The translations under genes were made by a program, and so were the position numbers. Under the pieces are notes generated by a model that was not told where the DNA came from, ran no database searches, and worked only from the letters and a program-made list of their open reading frames with translations. A stretch of DNA of 64,000 nt. Origin: an uncultured Mycoplasmatota bacterium (GTDB lineage Bacteria; Bacillota_I; Bacilli_A; RF39; UBA660). Below are positions 28,722-37,928 of the stretch, one piece after another. The stretch spans positions 5,109 to 69,108 of the forward strand of contig CANPPW010000001.1 in assembly GCA_947576095.1 (NCBI GenBank), in the 5' to 3' direction. Position 1 is the first letter of the stretch; the number at the start of each line of letters is the position of its first letter.

Positions 28722-29705
28722 CTATATACTTTTTACTATACCCTCATTTTGCCAGATCACCTGAATGTTGGGATACTTTTTCATATATGATTTACCTTCT
28801 TCCATATCCATATGATATAAGGTATGAGCAAGAACATTTATCAAAATAGGATCATCACCAATCACTGTTATATTTTGAAAATTGGTACTCGGCCTTTTGG
28901 TTTTAGGACTATAGAAATTAGGGTATATTTTTCCCTGATAAGAAAAAGAGTCTATACTATCTCCGATAGTCACTAATGATTTACCTTCTATATGCACAAT
29001 TTTATAAATTTGCTGATCTCTATTTTCTAAAGCTATTTGATATAACGAATTATGATATCGCTTTCCTACTAAAATTTGTCCTGCTGCATTGATTAAATAC
29101 GATTCAACATTCTCTTCTTTTAAGTAATTTTCAATTTCATAATTAGCAAAAGCCAAAGCAAGAGATTCTACATTCAAATAAACATGATTATTTTTCATCA
29201 GATTAGATCCTAGCAGAATAATCTGATCCATATCCGTATTTATATTACTTAAATCTGCATCTGTAAGAGAACCAGAGGTTTTCTTTTTCCATAAATCTTC
29301 CACTTCTCCCATTGCAATACTATAATATCCATTACTTGTTAGAGAATACTGCCTCCCAAATGCTAATATTTTATATAAAATAGGGTTTATCTTTATCTGA
29401 TTTTCCGTTTCTTGATTATGATAGATATAAAATGTATTATATATAGAAGACCTTGAACGTCTGCTATCACTTATACACTCATAATTGTAATAAATATCTT
29501 GTATTTTTTTTAAAATTCTTTTTGTTTTTATGGGATTTTTTGTATATAATTTAACATTTACATAATGGTCATGATAAGAAAAAGTATCCATATATACACG
29601 AATTTTTTGAGTGTCTAATAATAGATATAAAAAAAACAAAACAAGAAAAACACCACCTAAAACGATACCATAATTTTTTTTGAAAAACTTCACTCTATCA
29701 CCCAT
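28722..29705 (-). CDS. membrane-anchored ApbE-like (FAD:protein FMN transferase fold) protein, degenerate
   Basis: block order resembles ApbE (…LALAFANYEI… / VTIGDSIDSFSYQG…YSPKTKRPS), but the conserved GGIAKGY motif is not intact. Confidence 0.35.
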   Translation of the reverse strand: MGDRVKFFKKNYGIVLGGVFLVLFFLYLLLDTQKIRVYMDTFSYHDHYVNVKLYTKNPIKTKRILKKIQDIYYNYECISDSRRSRSSIYNTFYIYHNQETENQIKINPILYKILAFGRQYSLTSNGYYSIAMGEVEDLWKKKTSGSLTDADLSNINTDMDQIILLGSNLMKNNHVYLNVESLALAFANYEIENYLKEENVESYLINAAGQILVGKRYHNSLYQIALENRDQQIYKIVHIEGKSLVTIGDSIDSFSYQGKIYPNFYSPKTKRPSTNFQNITVIGDDPILINVLAHTLYHMDMEEGKSYMKKYPNIQVIWQNEGIVKSI

Positions 29706-29765
29706 ATTATTATATCACGTATATTTTATATAAGGAAATAAATATTTTCTTCTTATAAAAAAAGA

Positions 29766-30770
29766 CTAATTGTCTTCTAATACACTTTCATATACCTTCT
29801 TTAAAGCCTTTCCTACGTTTTTCATATTCTTTCTATGAGCAACTTTATACCCTTCTTCAGTTAGATCAGGAAGTTCTCCTTTGATGATTTGTTTAATTTT
29901 TTGTTCAAATGCATCTACATCTTTTGCCTTATAACAATTCACACCATCTTTAAGCCATCCATCAAAAACAGGAATATCCCTTACTAGTAGTCTTTGACGA
30001 CATGCTAATGCCTCCAAAGCAGGAATTCCCTCCGTTTCTTCTAAAGTAGGAAATAAATAAAGATCAGCTCCTGACAAAGCTCCTTTTATAATAGAAGAAT
30101 CTACATATCCTGGAAATTTTAAATTTGGTAATTTTGTTTTCACAGCATCACGAATCTTTTTAGGAGAAGCCCATAAAGGACTATAACCAAACCAAATAAA
30201 TTTATATTCTGGCATTCTTTTGGCTAGTTCCACAAAATCTAAAATCCCTTTTCGTTCTATATAAAGTCCAATCCCCATAATAACAACATCATTTTTCCGA
30301 TATTGATATGTTTTGCGAAAACTTTTAGCAGCAGCTTCATTTTTTTCAAAAAAACGAATTTCAATCCCATTTGAGATAGCTGTAATAGGACTTTTAATTC
30401 CATAGTTACTTAACAATTTTTTAGAATATGGTGTTGGTGTTACAATATGATCTCCTAAACTATAACATTTTATTAGCCATTTTTTAAAAAGAGGGGCAAA
30501 GAAATTTGAAAATAAAAAAGAATTGCGAAAATCTTCCTCTGTAGAATGAGCATGATATACAACCTTTTTTCCCTTCCTTTTTGCCTTTTTTGCTAAAAAA
30601 TAGGATTTGGGACCATAAAAATTAATATGAATAATATCATATTCATCTTTGGGGGATAATGTATAATTTATATGATTCTCATCTAAAGCTTTCATTTGGT
30701 GTTTCAAAGCTCTTCCAAGTCCTGATTTTCCAATATGTTTTAATCCCTCTGTATACAGTAATACTTTCAT
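29766..30770 (-). CDS. GT4-family glycosyltransferase
   Basis: C-terminal EGIPALEALACRQRLLVRDIPVF GT-B signature. Confidence 0.75.
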   Translation of the reverse strand: MKVLLYTEGLKHIGKSGLGRALKHQMKALDENHINYTLSPKDEYDIIHINFYGPKSYFLAKKAKRKGKKVVYHAHSTEEDFRNSFLFSNFFAPLFKKWLIKCYSLGDHIVTPTPYSKKLLSNYGIKSPITAISNGIEIRFFEKNEAAAKSFRKTYQYRKNDVVIMGIGLYIERKGILDFVELAKRMPEYKFIWFGYSPLWASPKKIRDAVKTKLPNLKFPGYVDSSIIKGALSGADLYLFPTLEETEGIPALEALACRQRLLVRDIPVFDGWLKDGVNCYKAKDVDAFEQKIKQIIKGELPDLTEEGYKVAHRKNMKNVGKALKKVYESVLEDN

Positions 30771-30812
30771 TCAATCACCTTTGATAATTGTAACACATTT
30801 TGATAGGAAAGT

Positions 30813-31043
30813 CTATTCTGTCACAGATACCAGTATAACATCTTCCCCAATTTTTTTAATTTGATTCCACTTTATTTCAATTTCTCCACTACTAGAAAAC
30901 ATAGAAATTAAAAATTTACTTCTCTCAACAATTAAAGATGTCATACTTCCCTCACTACCAATGGTAATATCAATAATATTCCCTATCTTTTTACCATCAA
31001 TAATATTAATAACATCTTTGTTTTGTAAATCTGATAATCGCAT
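30813..31043 (-). CDS. ylmC: YlmC/YmxH-family PRC-barrel sporulation protein
   Basis: DVINIIDGKKIGNIIDITI motif; downstream of sigG as in Bacillus. Confidence 0.7.
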   Translation of the reverse strand: MRLSDLQNKDVINIIDGKKIGNIIDITIGSEGSMTSLIVERSKFLISMFSSSGEIEIKWNQIKKIGEDVILVSVTE

Positions 31044-31092
31044 ATGATCACCTAGACTATTATATGAATAAAAAAAGAGTTTATGAAAAAAC

Positions 31093-31869
31093 TTATAAAA
31101 TCATCTTTTTAATATGATCCAGCCCACTTTTTTCTAATCTAGAAATTTGAGCCTGACTAATGCCAATTTCTTCAGCAAGTTCCATTTGTGTTTTTCCCAT
31201 AAAATATCTTTGAAGTAAAATATACTTTTCGCGATCCTTTAGCTTCTGAATTGCCTGTCTTAGCATAACCCTATTTTCTAAAGAAAATTTTGCTTCTTCG
31301 CGATCTTCTAATTGATCCACTAAATAAATCGTGTCTCCCCCATCATTATAGATGGGCTCATACATACTAATGGTATCTTTTAAAGATTCTAAAGCATTAT
31401 TAACCTCATATTCTGTAAGATTGAGTTCATGAGCTACCTGTGAAATACTTGGTTCCCCATCTTGTTTGTTCATCATTTCTTCTTTTTTCTTCAAAATTTT
31501 ATATGCCTGTTCTTTAATACTTCTTGAAACACGTAAACTTCCATTATCTCTTAAAAATCTTTTGATTTCTCCAACAATCATAGGGCAAGCATATGTTGAA
31601 AATTTTACTTCAAAATTTAAATTAAAATTATCAATTGCTTTAATAAGACCAATACACCCTACTTGGAATAAATCATCCATATTATCTGTTCGTCCTGTAT
31701 AATTTTTCAAAATAGATAAAACCAATTTTAAATTTCCTTGAATCAATAATTCTTTGGCTAAAGTATCACCACTTTGATACTTTTTAAATAGTTCAATCAT
31801 TTCTTCATTACTCAATACTTTAATATTCGCAGTATTCACGCCACATATTTCTACTTTATGACGTGCCAT
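31093..31869 (-). CDS. sigG: sporulation sigma factor sigma-G
   Basis: N-terminal KVEICGV, DDLFQVGCIGL, KFSTYAxPMIVGEIKRFLRDN, EPIYNDGGD, GKTQMELAEEIGISQAQISRLEK; all match B. subtilis SigG blocks. Confidence 0.8.
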   Translation of the reverse strand: MARHKVEICGVNTANIKVLSNEEMIELFKKYQSGDTLAKELLIQGNLKLVLSILKNYTGRTDNMDDLFQVGCIGLIKAIDNFNLNFEVKFSTYACPMIVGEIKRFLRDNGSLRVSRSIKEQAYKILKKKEEMMNKQDGEPSISQVAHELNLTEYEVNNALESLKDTISMYEPIYNDGGDTIYLVDQLEDREEAKFSLENRVMLRQAIQKLKDREKYILLQRYFMGKTQMELAEEIGISQAQISRLEKSGLDHIKKMIL

Positions 31870-31974
31870 ATAAATCTCCTTTCGTCTCTATTAAGAACCG
31901 AAAAAAGATTTATTATTCGCTTTTTATATTATAATTGATAAAAATAGATCCATCTAAAACATATTCTAGTTATA

Positions 31975-32871
31975 TTATGAAAACCTCTTTTTGATTTCAT
32001 ATATTAAAATATTTACAAAATCTATCATGACTAATGAAAATAAAAAATAGCATATATATCCCAACATTTTAAGTGGGATCTCATACCAAATAGTACAAGA
32101 ATAAAGCTTAATTTCTCTTAAAATATAAGGTCTTTTAGAATGATTACATAAATACCAGATATTTATACAAAGTAAAATAAAATTCAGTATATATAACAAA
32201 ACTGTAAAATCAAGCATAGAATTTTTAGTACCTATCATAATCTTTTGATCTTTAGGTTTCTTAACAATCTTTTCATCTAATTTTTGCTTTTGGATCTCTT
32301 TTCCATAATAATCTACAACTATTTTATATTTAATTTTTTTAACACCATTTTCTCCTTTTTGAATCGTTCTCTCTTCACCTTCTTGTAATGCATGGTCAAA
32401 CTGATATGCAGTGCGAAAAGAGAGTGTTTGATTTTGAACAATTATGGCCATATAAGTACAACTTTTATCTTCTATATTGGCAGATGCATCATAATTATTT
32501 GCTTTCTTATCCATGCAACCTGGCTTTTTAGCTACACAACTTCCATCATCTAGATTGGCTTTTTCATTATAATTTAATGCATTCTTATCCATACAACCAT
32601 AAATATTATAATTACAAGAACCATCATCCACCTCAGCTAGAGGATCATAATTCGTGGCCTCTTTATTCATACATCCTCTTCTTACGATTTCTCTTTTATT
32701 CGGTTCCTTTACTTGCATGCATGATTTTTCATAAGCAATCGTTTCATCTTTGCATATTGCATACCCCTCTTCTGTATATGTTCCCATAAGACCTCCCTGT
32801 TGCTCACAACAAGCAAATACAGAACAAGGAAAAAATATAAAAATAGTACAAACATATATTATTTTTTTCAT
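31975..32871 (-). CDS. surface protein: signal peptide, three tandem 21-aa Cys repeats (GCMDxxAxNYxxxAxxDDGSC), G5 domain, 2 C-terminal TM
   Basis: AAGGAG RBS; repeats GCMNKEATNYDPLAEVDDGSC / GCMDKNALNYNEKANLDDGSC / GCMDKKANNYDASANIEDKSC; G5-like ERTIQKGENGVKKIKYKIVVDYYGKE...IMIGTK. Confidence 0.5.
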   Translation of the reverse strand: MKKIIYVCTIFIFFPCSVFACCEQQGGLMGTYTEEGYAICKDETIAYEKSCMQVKEPNKREIVRRGCMNKEATNYDPLAEVDDGSCNYNIYGCMDKNALNYNEKANLDDGSCVAKKPGCMDKKANNYDASANIEDKSCTYMAIIVQNQTLSFRTAYQFDHALQEGEERTIQKGENGVKKIKYKIVVDYYGKEIQKQKLDEKIVKKPKDQKIMIGTKNSMLDFTVLLYILNFILLCINIWYLCNHSKRPYILREIKLYSCTIWYEIPLKMLGYICYFLFSLVMIDFVNILIYEIKKRFS

Positions 32872-32884
32872 AATAGTTCTCCTT

Positions 32885-32913
32885 AAAAAAACTCGTAATA
32901 TAGTCTTTACGAG
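32885..32913 (-). terminator. hairpin + T run downstream of ttcA (also the 5' leader of the Cys-repeat gene)
   Basis: CTCGTAA-8-TTACGAG followed on the minus strand by TTTTTTT. Confidence 0.45.
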
Positions 32914-33009
32914 CCCTTTTGGATATTGTATCATACTTTAAAATACAAATAACGCCATTCGACAATGTTTGTCTTTTTTTTATAATCATCTTATTATAAT
33001 GCCATATAC

Positions 33010-33843
33010 TTATTGATTATTTTTTTTATATTCTTCTAAAAATACATATCGATCCTTCCCTTTACGGTATCCGATAATAGCATCTAAATTAATATTAGAT
33101 ACACTATTAAAAATATTATCTTCTACATGTGAATTTACTGTACGATAATATTGAATCAAACGTTTCATTTCTCTTCTTTTAGAAAGTTCTTCCTTCTCAT
33201 TCACTTCTTCTGTAAAATGACAAGCACAGTTCAAGAATGTAAATCCACTATTTTTTTGCCAAGCAATAATATTGCTTTCTTTAACAAGATAAAGAGGTCT
33301 AATCAGTTCCATTCCTTTAAAATTGGTACTATGAAGTTTTGGCATCATTGTACGAATTTCACCTGCATAAAACATACTTAACAAAATCGTTTCTAAAACA
33401 TCATCGTAATGATGCCCTAAAGCAATTTTATTACAACCAAGTTCTCTTGCTCTATCATACAAAAACCCCCTTCTCATTTTGGCACATAAATAGCAAGGAC
33501 TACCTTTTGTTTCATTTTTAACAACTTCAAAAATATTAGAATGAAATAGTTGAATAGGAATATTTAATTTTTTAGCATTTTCTAAAATCAATTGATGATT
33601 TTCCTCTTTATAACCAGGATCCATTACAAGAAAAGATAATTCAAAGTGTTTTTTTCCATGCTTTTGCAATTCTTGCATACATTTAGCAAGTAAAAAAGAA
33701 TCTTTACCACCAGAGATACAAACAGCAATTTTATCACCATCTTCAATCATTTGATAGGTATCAATCCCTTTTACAAAAGGTCTCCATATTTCCTTTCGAT
33801 ATTTTTTTATGATACTTCTTTCTATTTCTTGTAAAGATCCCAT
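33010..33843 (-). CDS. ttcA: tRNA 2-thiocytidine biosynthesis protein TtcA (PP-loop ATPase)
   Basis: SGGKDS PP-loop, CYLCAKMRRGFLY and CxxC motifs. Confidence 0.8.
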   Translation of the reverse strand: MGSLQEIERSIIKKYRKEIWRPFVKGIDTYQMIEDGDKIAVCISGGKDSFLLAKCMQELQKHGKKHFELSFLVMDPGYKEENHQLILENAKKLNIPIQLFHSNIFEVVKNETKGSPCYLCAKMRRGFLYDRARELGCNKIALGHHYDDVLETILLSMFYAGEIRTMMPKLHSTNFKGMELIRPLYLVKESNIIAWQKNSGFTFLNCACHFTEEVNEKEELSKRREMKRLIQYYRTVNSHVEDNIFNSVSNINLDAIIGYRKGKDRYVFLEEYKKNNQ

Positions 33844-33856
33844 ATTTCACCTTCTT

Positions 33857-35290
33857 TTAGTATTGAATTCCAAAATATACCATATGTTTAGCTTTTTTAC
33901 CACAACAAACACATACATCACTTAGATTTTCTTCCTCAAATGGAATACATCTCGATTTTGTTCCTCTAATTTCCTTTATTTTCAATTCACAAGCTTCATC
34001 ACCACACCACATTGCTTTAATATAACCAGGATTTGTATAAATGACATTTTCAATTTCTTTCATATTTTTACAAATATATGTTTTTTCAAGATTTCTTTTT
34101 AAAGCTGTTTCAAATAAATTGTTCTGAATTTGATCCATCAGATTATAAATCTTATCTATTACATTTTCTTTCAAGGATAGACATATTTTTTCACTCGTAT
34201 CTCTTCTAGCTACTATTAATTGCTCTTTTTCCAAGTCTTTTGGTCCAATTTCTAAACGAATAGGAATACCAAGCATCTCTGCTTCAGCAAATTTGTATCC
34301 TGGCGATTTATCACTTAAATCTATAAAATTAGAAATATCTGCTCTATCTAATAGAGTATGAATTTCTTCAGCTTTTGCAAAAACACGTTCTTCTTTCCCA
34401 ATTGGCACAATAACAACTTTATATGGGGCAATTTTAGGTGGTAAAACTAGTCCATTGTCATCACTATGAACCATAATAAGTGCTCCAATCATTCTAGTTG
34501 TTGTTCCCCAAGAGGTTTGATAAGCATATTCTAGTTCATTGTTGCGATTACTAAAGGTAATATCAAATGGTTTTGTAAATTTTTGGCCAAAATAATGTGA
34601 AGTTGCTGATTGTAAAGTAATACCATTATACATAAGCGCTTCCACTGTTAGTGTATATTCAGCTCCAGCAAATTTTTCCCTTTCCGTTTTCTTTCCTGTA
34701 ACAACAGGAATTGCCAAAACGTTTTCAAAAAAGTTTTTATATACTTCAAGCATACATCTTGTTTCCTTCTCAGCCTCTTCTGCTGTCTCATGAATCGTAT
34801 GCCCTTCTTGCCATAAAAATTCTCTTGTTCTTAAAAATGGTCTTGTCTCCTTTTCCCATCTTACAACATTACACCATTGATTATAAAGCTTGGGCAAATC
34901 CCTATATGATTTTACAACAGTACTATAATAATCACAAAACAAAGTCTCTGATGTAGGTCTTACACACATCTTCTCTTCTAATACATCGCCACCACCTTCT
35001 GTCACCCAGGCTCCTTCTGGAGCAAATCCTTCTACATGTTCTGCTTCCTTTTTTAATAAAGATTCTGGAATAAAAAGTGGCATATATACGTTTTGATGTC
35101 CCAACTTTTTAAACTCTTTATCTAAAATCTTTTGAATATTTTCCCAAATCGCATATCCATTTGGTTCTAAAATCATACAACCTTTTACATTAGAATATGC
35201 CGCTAGATGGGCATTTCTAACAATATCTGTATACCACTTTGCAAAATCAACATTGCGTGAGGTAATTTTTTTATTTTTTTGTTCTTTCAT
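33857..35290 (-). CDS. proS: prolyl-tRNA synthetase, archaeal/eukaryal-like type (no insertion editing domain)
   Basis: class II motifs, 477 aa, C-terminal Zn-binding Cys cluster typical of the short ProRS form. Confidence 0.9.
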   Translation of the reverse strand: MKEQKNKKITSRNVDFAKWYTDIVRNAHLAAYSNVKGCMILEPNGYAIWENIQKILDKEFKKLGHQNVYMPLFIPESLLKKEAEHVEGFAPEGAWVTEGGGDVLEEKMCVRPTSETLFCDYYSTVVKSYRDLPKLYNQWCNVVRWEKETRPFLRTREFLWQEGHTIHETAEEAEKETRCMLEVYKNFFENVLAIPVVTGKKTEREKFAGAEYTLTVEALMYNGITLQSATSHYFGQKFTKPFDITFSNRNNELEYAYQTSWGTTTRMIGALIMVHSDDNGLVLPPKIAPYKVVIVPIGKEERVFAKAEEIHTLLDRADISNFIDLSDKSPGYKFAEAEMLGIPIRLEIGPKDLEKEQLIVARRDTSEKICLSLKENVIDKIYNLMDQIQNNLFETALKRNLEKTYICKNMKEIENVIYTNPGYIKAMWCGDEACELKIKEIRGTKSRCIPFEEENLSDVCVCCGKKAKHMVYFGIQY

Positions 35291-35724
35291 AAATTCTCCT
35301 TTTTGATCTGGTAAAGTCTATACTGTAAAACATTAGGTTCTACAACTAAATGTTCAGCCCATAGTTTTACATGATTTTCTACATCTATTTCTTTTTCTAA
35401 AATTTGTTTTAGTAAAGAATCTGGCAAAAGTATATACATAGCTGATTTCATAATTTCTATATCTGGTTGATCCTTTAAACAAATCCGTTTATAATACTTT
35501 TCATTTGTAAAGGCATCTAATTGATAATATGCAAGAGCAAGTGCAATTAAAAATCTCTTTTTCGGGACTGACAGGGTGCAATTCACATAAATAAATTTCA
35601 CTACTTTATCATTATCATCTCTAACAATACAAGCAATATCATCATTTCTTGGTTGCTTTTCAATCACTCTAAAACCATACTCTTTTGCTATTTTCATAAT
35701 GGGAACTGGTAAATAATGATTCAT
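35287..35724 (-). CDS. ImmA/IrrE (DUF955)-like protein with a degenerate metal site, translationally coupled to proS
   Basis: IAKEYGFRVIEK...KKRFLIALALAYYQLD aligns to the ImmA block ...RqRFTLAHELGHyllH, but HExxH is replaced by ALALAY; ATGA overlap with proS. Confidence 0.35.
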   Translation of the reverse strand: MNHYLPVPIMKIAKEYGFRVIEKQPRNDDIACIVRDDNDKVVKFIYVNCTLSVPKKRFLIALALAYYQLDAFTNEKYYKRICLKDQPDIEIMKSAMYILLPDSLLKQILEKEIDVENHVKLWAEHLVVEPNVLQYRLYQIKKENL

Positions 35725-35753
35725 ATATACACCCCTTCTAATTACTTACAAAA

Positions 35754-35781
35754 ATTATATCACAAATTCTTATACTTTCAA
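35754..35781 (-). promoter_or_regulatory. sigmaA promoter TTGAAA-N16-TGaTATAAT for the ORF145-proS operon
   Basis: near-consensus hexamers with TG extension about 30 nt upstream of the RBS AGAAGGGG. Confidence 0.45.
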
Positions 35782-35931
35782 AGTTCAATATTTTTAAAAA
35801 AAGACAATAAATTTATATTATGAATTCTAAACATTTGGACGAAAAAAATACCGTGGCACTGCACAGTATTGAAATATACACTTATGAATCCTATAATACT
35901 AAAATCATTTACTTTTATACTACTTAAAAAA

Positions 35932-36510
35932 CTAAATATTTAAACTATATGATTTCCCTTTTTTCTTTAATAATTCCTTTTCATAATTTATAATATCATC
36001 AAAACTATCATACATTTCTTCTAATACTGAATTATGAACACTCTTATGTTTTCTATAATAATCAAATGCTAGACATATATATTCATAAGAAAAAGATTCA
36101 ATCCACTCAATAAATTCTTTTTGCATATCTGCATCAAAATCTATTACATTATAGTAATTGTATCGTTCTAAACTGGGTTTATGTGATTTTCTATCGGTTT
36201 TGGTCTGTGCTTCATTTCTAGACGTTTCCTTTGATATTGTAGATGAATTATTGTCTTCACTAGGAATATCATATCTACCTTTTTCACAAAGTGTTTCATC
36301 GTATAATATCCTTAAATCAGGATTTCTTAGAATTCTATATGCTTCATTTATTTTTTGTATCATTTTATGACAAAATTCATTATTTATACCAGGATTGGCA
36401 TCTGGATGATAGAATATCGCTTTTTGTCTATATGCCATTTTAATTTCTTGTAAGCTCGCATGTTGTGATATACCTAATATTTCATATAAAGTTATCCCTA
36501 TTTCTTTCAT
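35932..36510 (-). CDS. J-domain protein with a unique C-terminal region
   Basis: LYEILGISQHASLQEIKMAYRQKAIFYHPDANPG (HPD motif); no DnaJ Zn-finger or C-terminal substrate-binding domain. Confidence 0.7.
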   Translation of the reverse strand: MKEIGITLYEILGISQHASLQEIKMAYRQKAIFYHPDANPGINNEFCHKMIQKINEAYRILRNPDLRILYDETLCEKGRYDIPSEDNNSSTISKETSRNEAQTKTDRKSHKPSLERYNYYNVIDFDADMQKEFIEWIESFSYEYICLAFDYYRKHKSVHNSVLEEMYDSFDDIINYEKELLKKKGKSYSLNI

Positions 36511-36559
36511 ATAAAATCACACCTCAAAATTCATTTTTATTTTATCAAAAAATCATATA

Positions 36560-37060
36560 TTAATCAATTTTATATATTTTATATTTTTTACTAATGAAAT
36601 CTGTTATAAAGTAAGCACCTATTATATAAATAATATTGGCCATCATCGCTTCTATAACCATTTTAAAACAATCAAAACTAGTCCACTCTATTTTTTCAAT
36701 AATAGATAGTAAAAAATAATAAATAATTCGATAAATACCAATTGTTATAACAGTAAACAAAATCACACTATAAATATGATTATTCCATAGATGATTTAAA
36801 ATCATAATAACAATCCCTAATAGAAAAAAAAGAAAACAATGCATTAATAAAAAATTTGAAAATAAAATATCATAAAGCATTCCATAAAAAATACAAGAAA
36901 ATAAAAAGTAGTTCTTATTTTTAAAATACGGATAGACCAAAATAAGAGCACATATAGCAAATAAAGGTGTGAAATAGCTTTCTATTACTCTTGTAAAATT
37001 ACTAAAAATACTCTGTAAAATGAGTGAAATTGAAAAAATACTAATCACCATATGACTCAT
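36560..37060 (-). CDS. mreD: rod shape-determining protein MreD-like membrane protein
   Basis: about 165 aa, 5 TM, immediately downstream of and overlapping mreC. Confidence 0.55.
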   Translation of the reverse strand: MSHMVISIFSISLILQSIFSNFTRVIESYFTPLFAICALILVYPYFKNKNYFLFSCIFYGMLYDILFSNFLLMHCFLFFLLGIVIMILNHLWNNHIYSVILFTVITIGIYRIIYYFLLSIIEKIEWTSFDCFKMVIEAMMANIIYIIGAYFITDFISKKYKIYKID

Positions 37061-37892
37061 CCCTTTTAACAACTGCAATATAATCAAGATTATTAAAGTT
37101 TACACTAGGTGTAACTTCAATAATTTTAGCTAAATCAAAATTATCAGTTACAACTTTTTTGACCTTTCCAACCAAAAGCCCAGCAGGAAAGGTTTTCCCC
37201 ATTCCCGTAGTTGTAACAACTGCATCTTTAGGTATTTCTGTATTATCTGCAACTCCCTCTAAAATAAATACATTTTTACTTTTTTTATATCCACTTAAAA
37301 GTCCATATACATAATGGTCCTCTATTTTAATTCGTACTGATATTTTATCAAATGTATCGCTTGTAAGCAAACTAACTGTACTACTATATCCTCCTGTTTT
37401 TCTTACTACACCAATAAGACCCTCTGAATTAATAACAGCCATACCTTCTAATAAACCATTTTCTCTTCCTTTATCTATATTCATTGTCTGATAAAAGCCA
37501 TCATGATTTCTATTAATAACAGTGGCATGTAAAACAATTTTTTCACCCAAAGTTGTTCTCAAATCAAGCTGTTTTTTTAAATTTTTCACCTCTGATTTTA
37601 ATTCATCTATTTTAGCTTCATTATATTGACTTTGTTCATTTTGCAACTTTAATTTTTTATTTTCTAAAATAAGTCTTTCATTCGTTTTAGAATGAGAAAT
37701 TTTGTCTTTCACAAAAGAAATAGGTGCATAAAAAAGTTTTCCTACAAACACTTCTGTATCTTTGAGCATTCTTTCTATAGCATTTAAATCCCTATTATAA
37801 AACATATTTACACCAATTACTGCCAAAAACAATCCAAAACATACAATTCCAAGTATTATATTATTTTGTTTGCCCTTTTTCTTTCGATACAT
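37041..37892 (-). CDS. mreC: cell shape-determining protein MreC
   Basis: N-terminal TM, coiled coil, C-terminal MreC beta domains (GLLVGKV). Confidence 0.85.
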   Translation of the reverse strand: MYRKKKGKQNNIILGIVCFGLFLAVIGVNMFYNRDLNAIERMLKDTEVFVGKLFYAPISFVKDKISHSKTNERLILENKKLKLQNEQSQYNEAKIDELKSEVKNLKKQLDLRTTLGEKIVLHATVINRNHDGFYQTMNIDKGRENGLLEGMAVINSEGLIGVVRKTGGYSSTVSLLTSDTFDKISVRIKIEDHYVYGLLSGYKKSKNVFILEGVADNTEIPKDAVVTTTGMGKTFPAGLLVGKVKKVVTDNFDLAKIIEVTPSVNFNNLDYIAVVKRDESYGD

Positions 37893-37928
37893 AAAATCAC
37901 CTAATCTATATTATAATATAAAAATTCA

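Noticed and set aside
35287-35724. ORF145 as a YbaK/ProX-type trans-editing deacylase for the editing-less ProRS
   Set aside because: Attractive by context, but the sequence lacks the YbaK-family GxxxP/Lys signature and instead aligns to the ImmA/IrrE block. Kept only as a speculative functional link.
35725-35931. T-box riboswitch upstream of proS
   Set aside because: I looked for the conserved T-box sequence (AATTAGGGTGGNACCGCG) and specifier or antiterminator structures in the 207-nt region and found none. The region instead holds a sigmaA promoter close to the ORF145 start.
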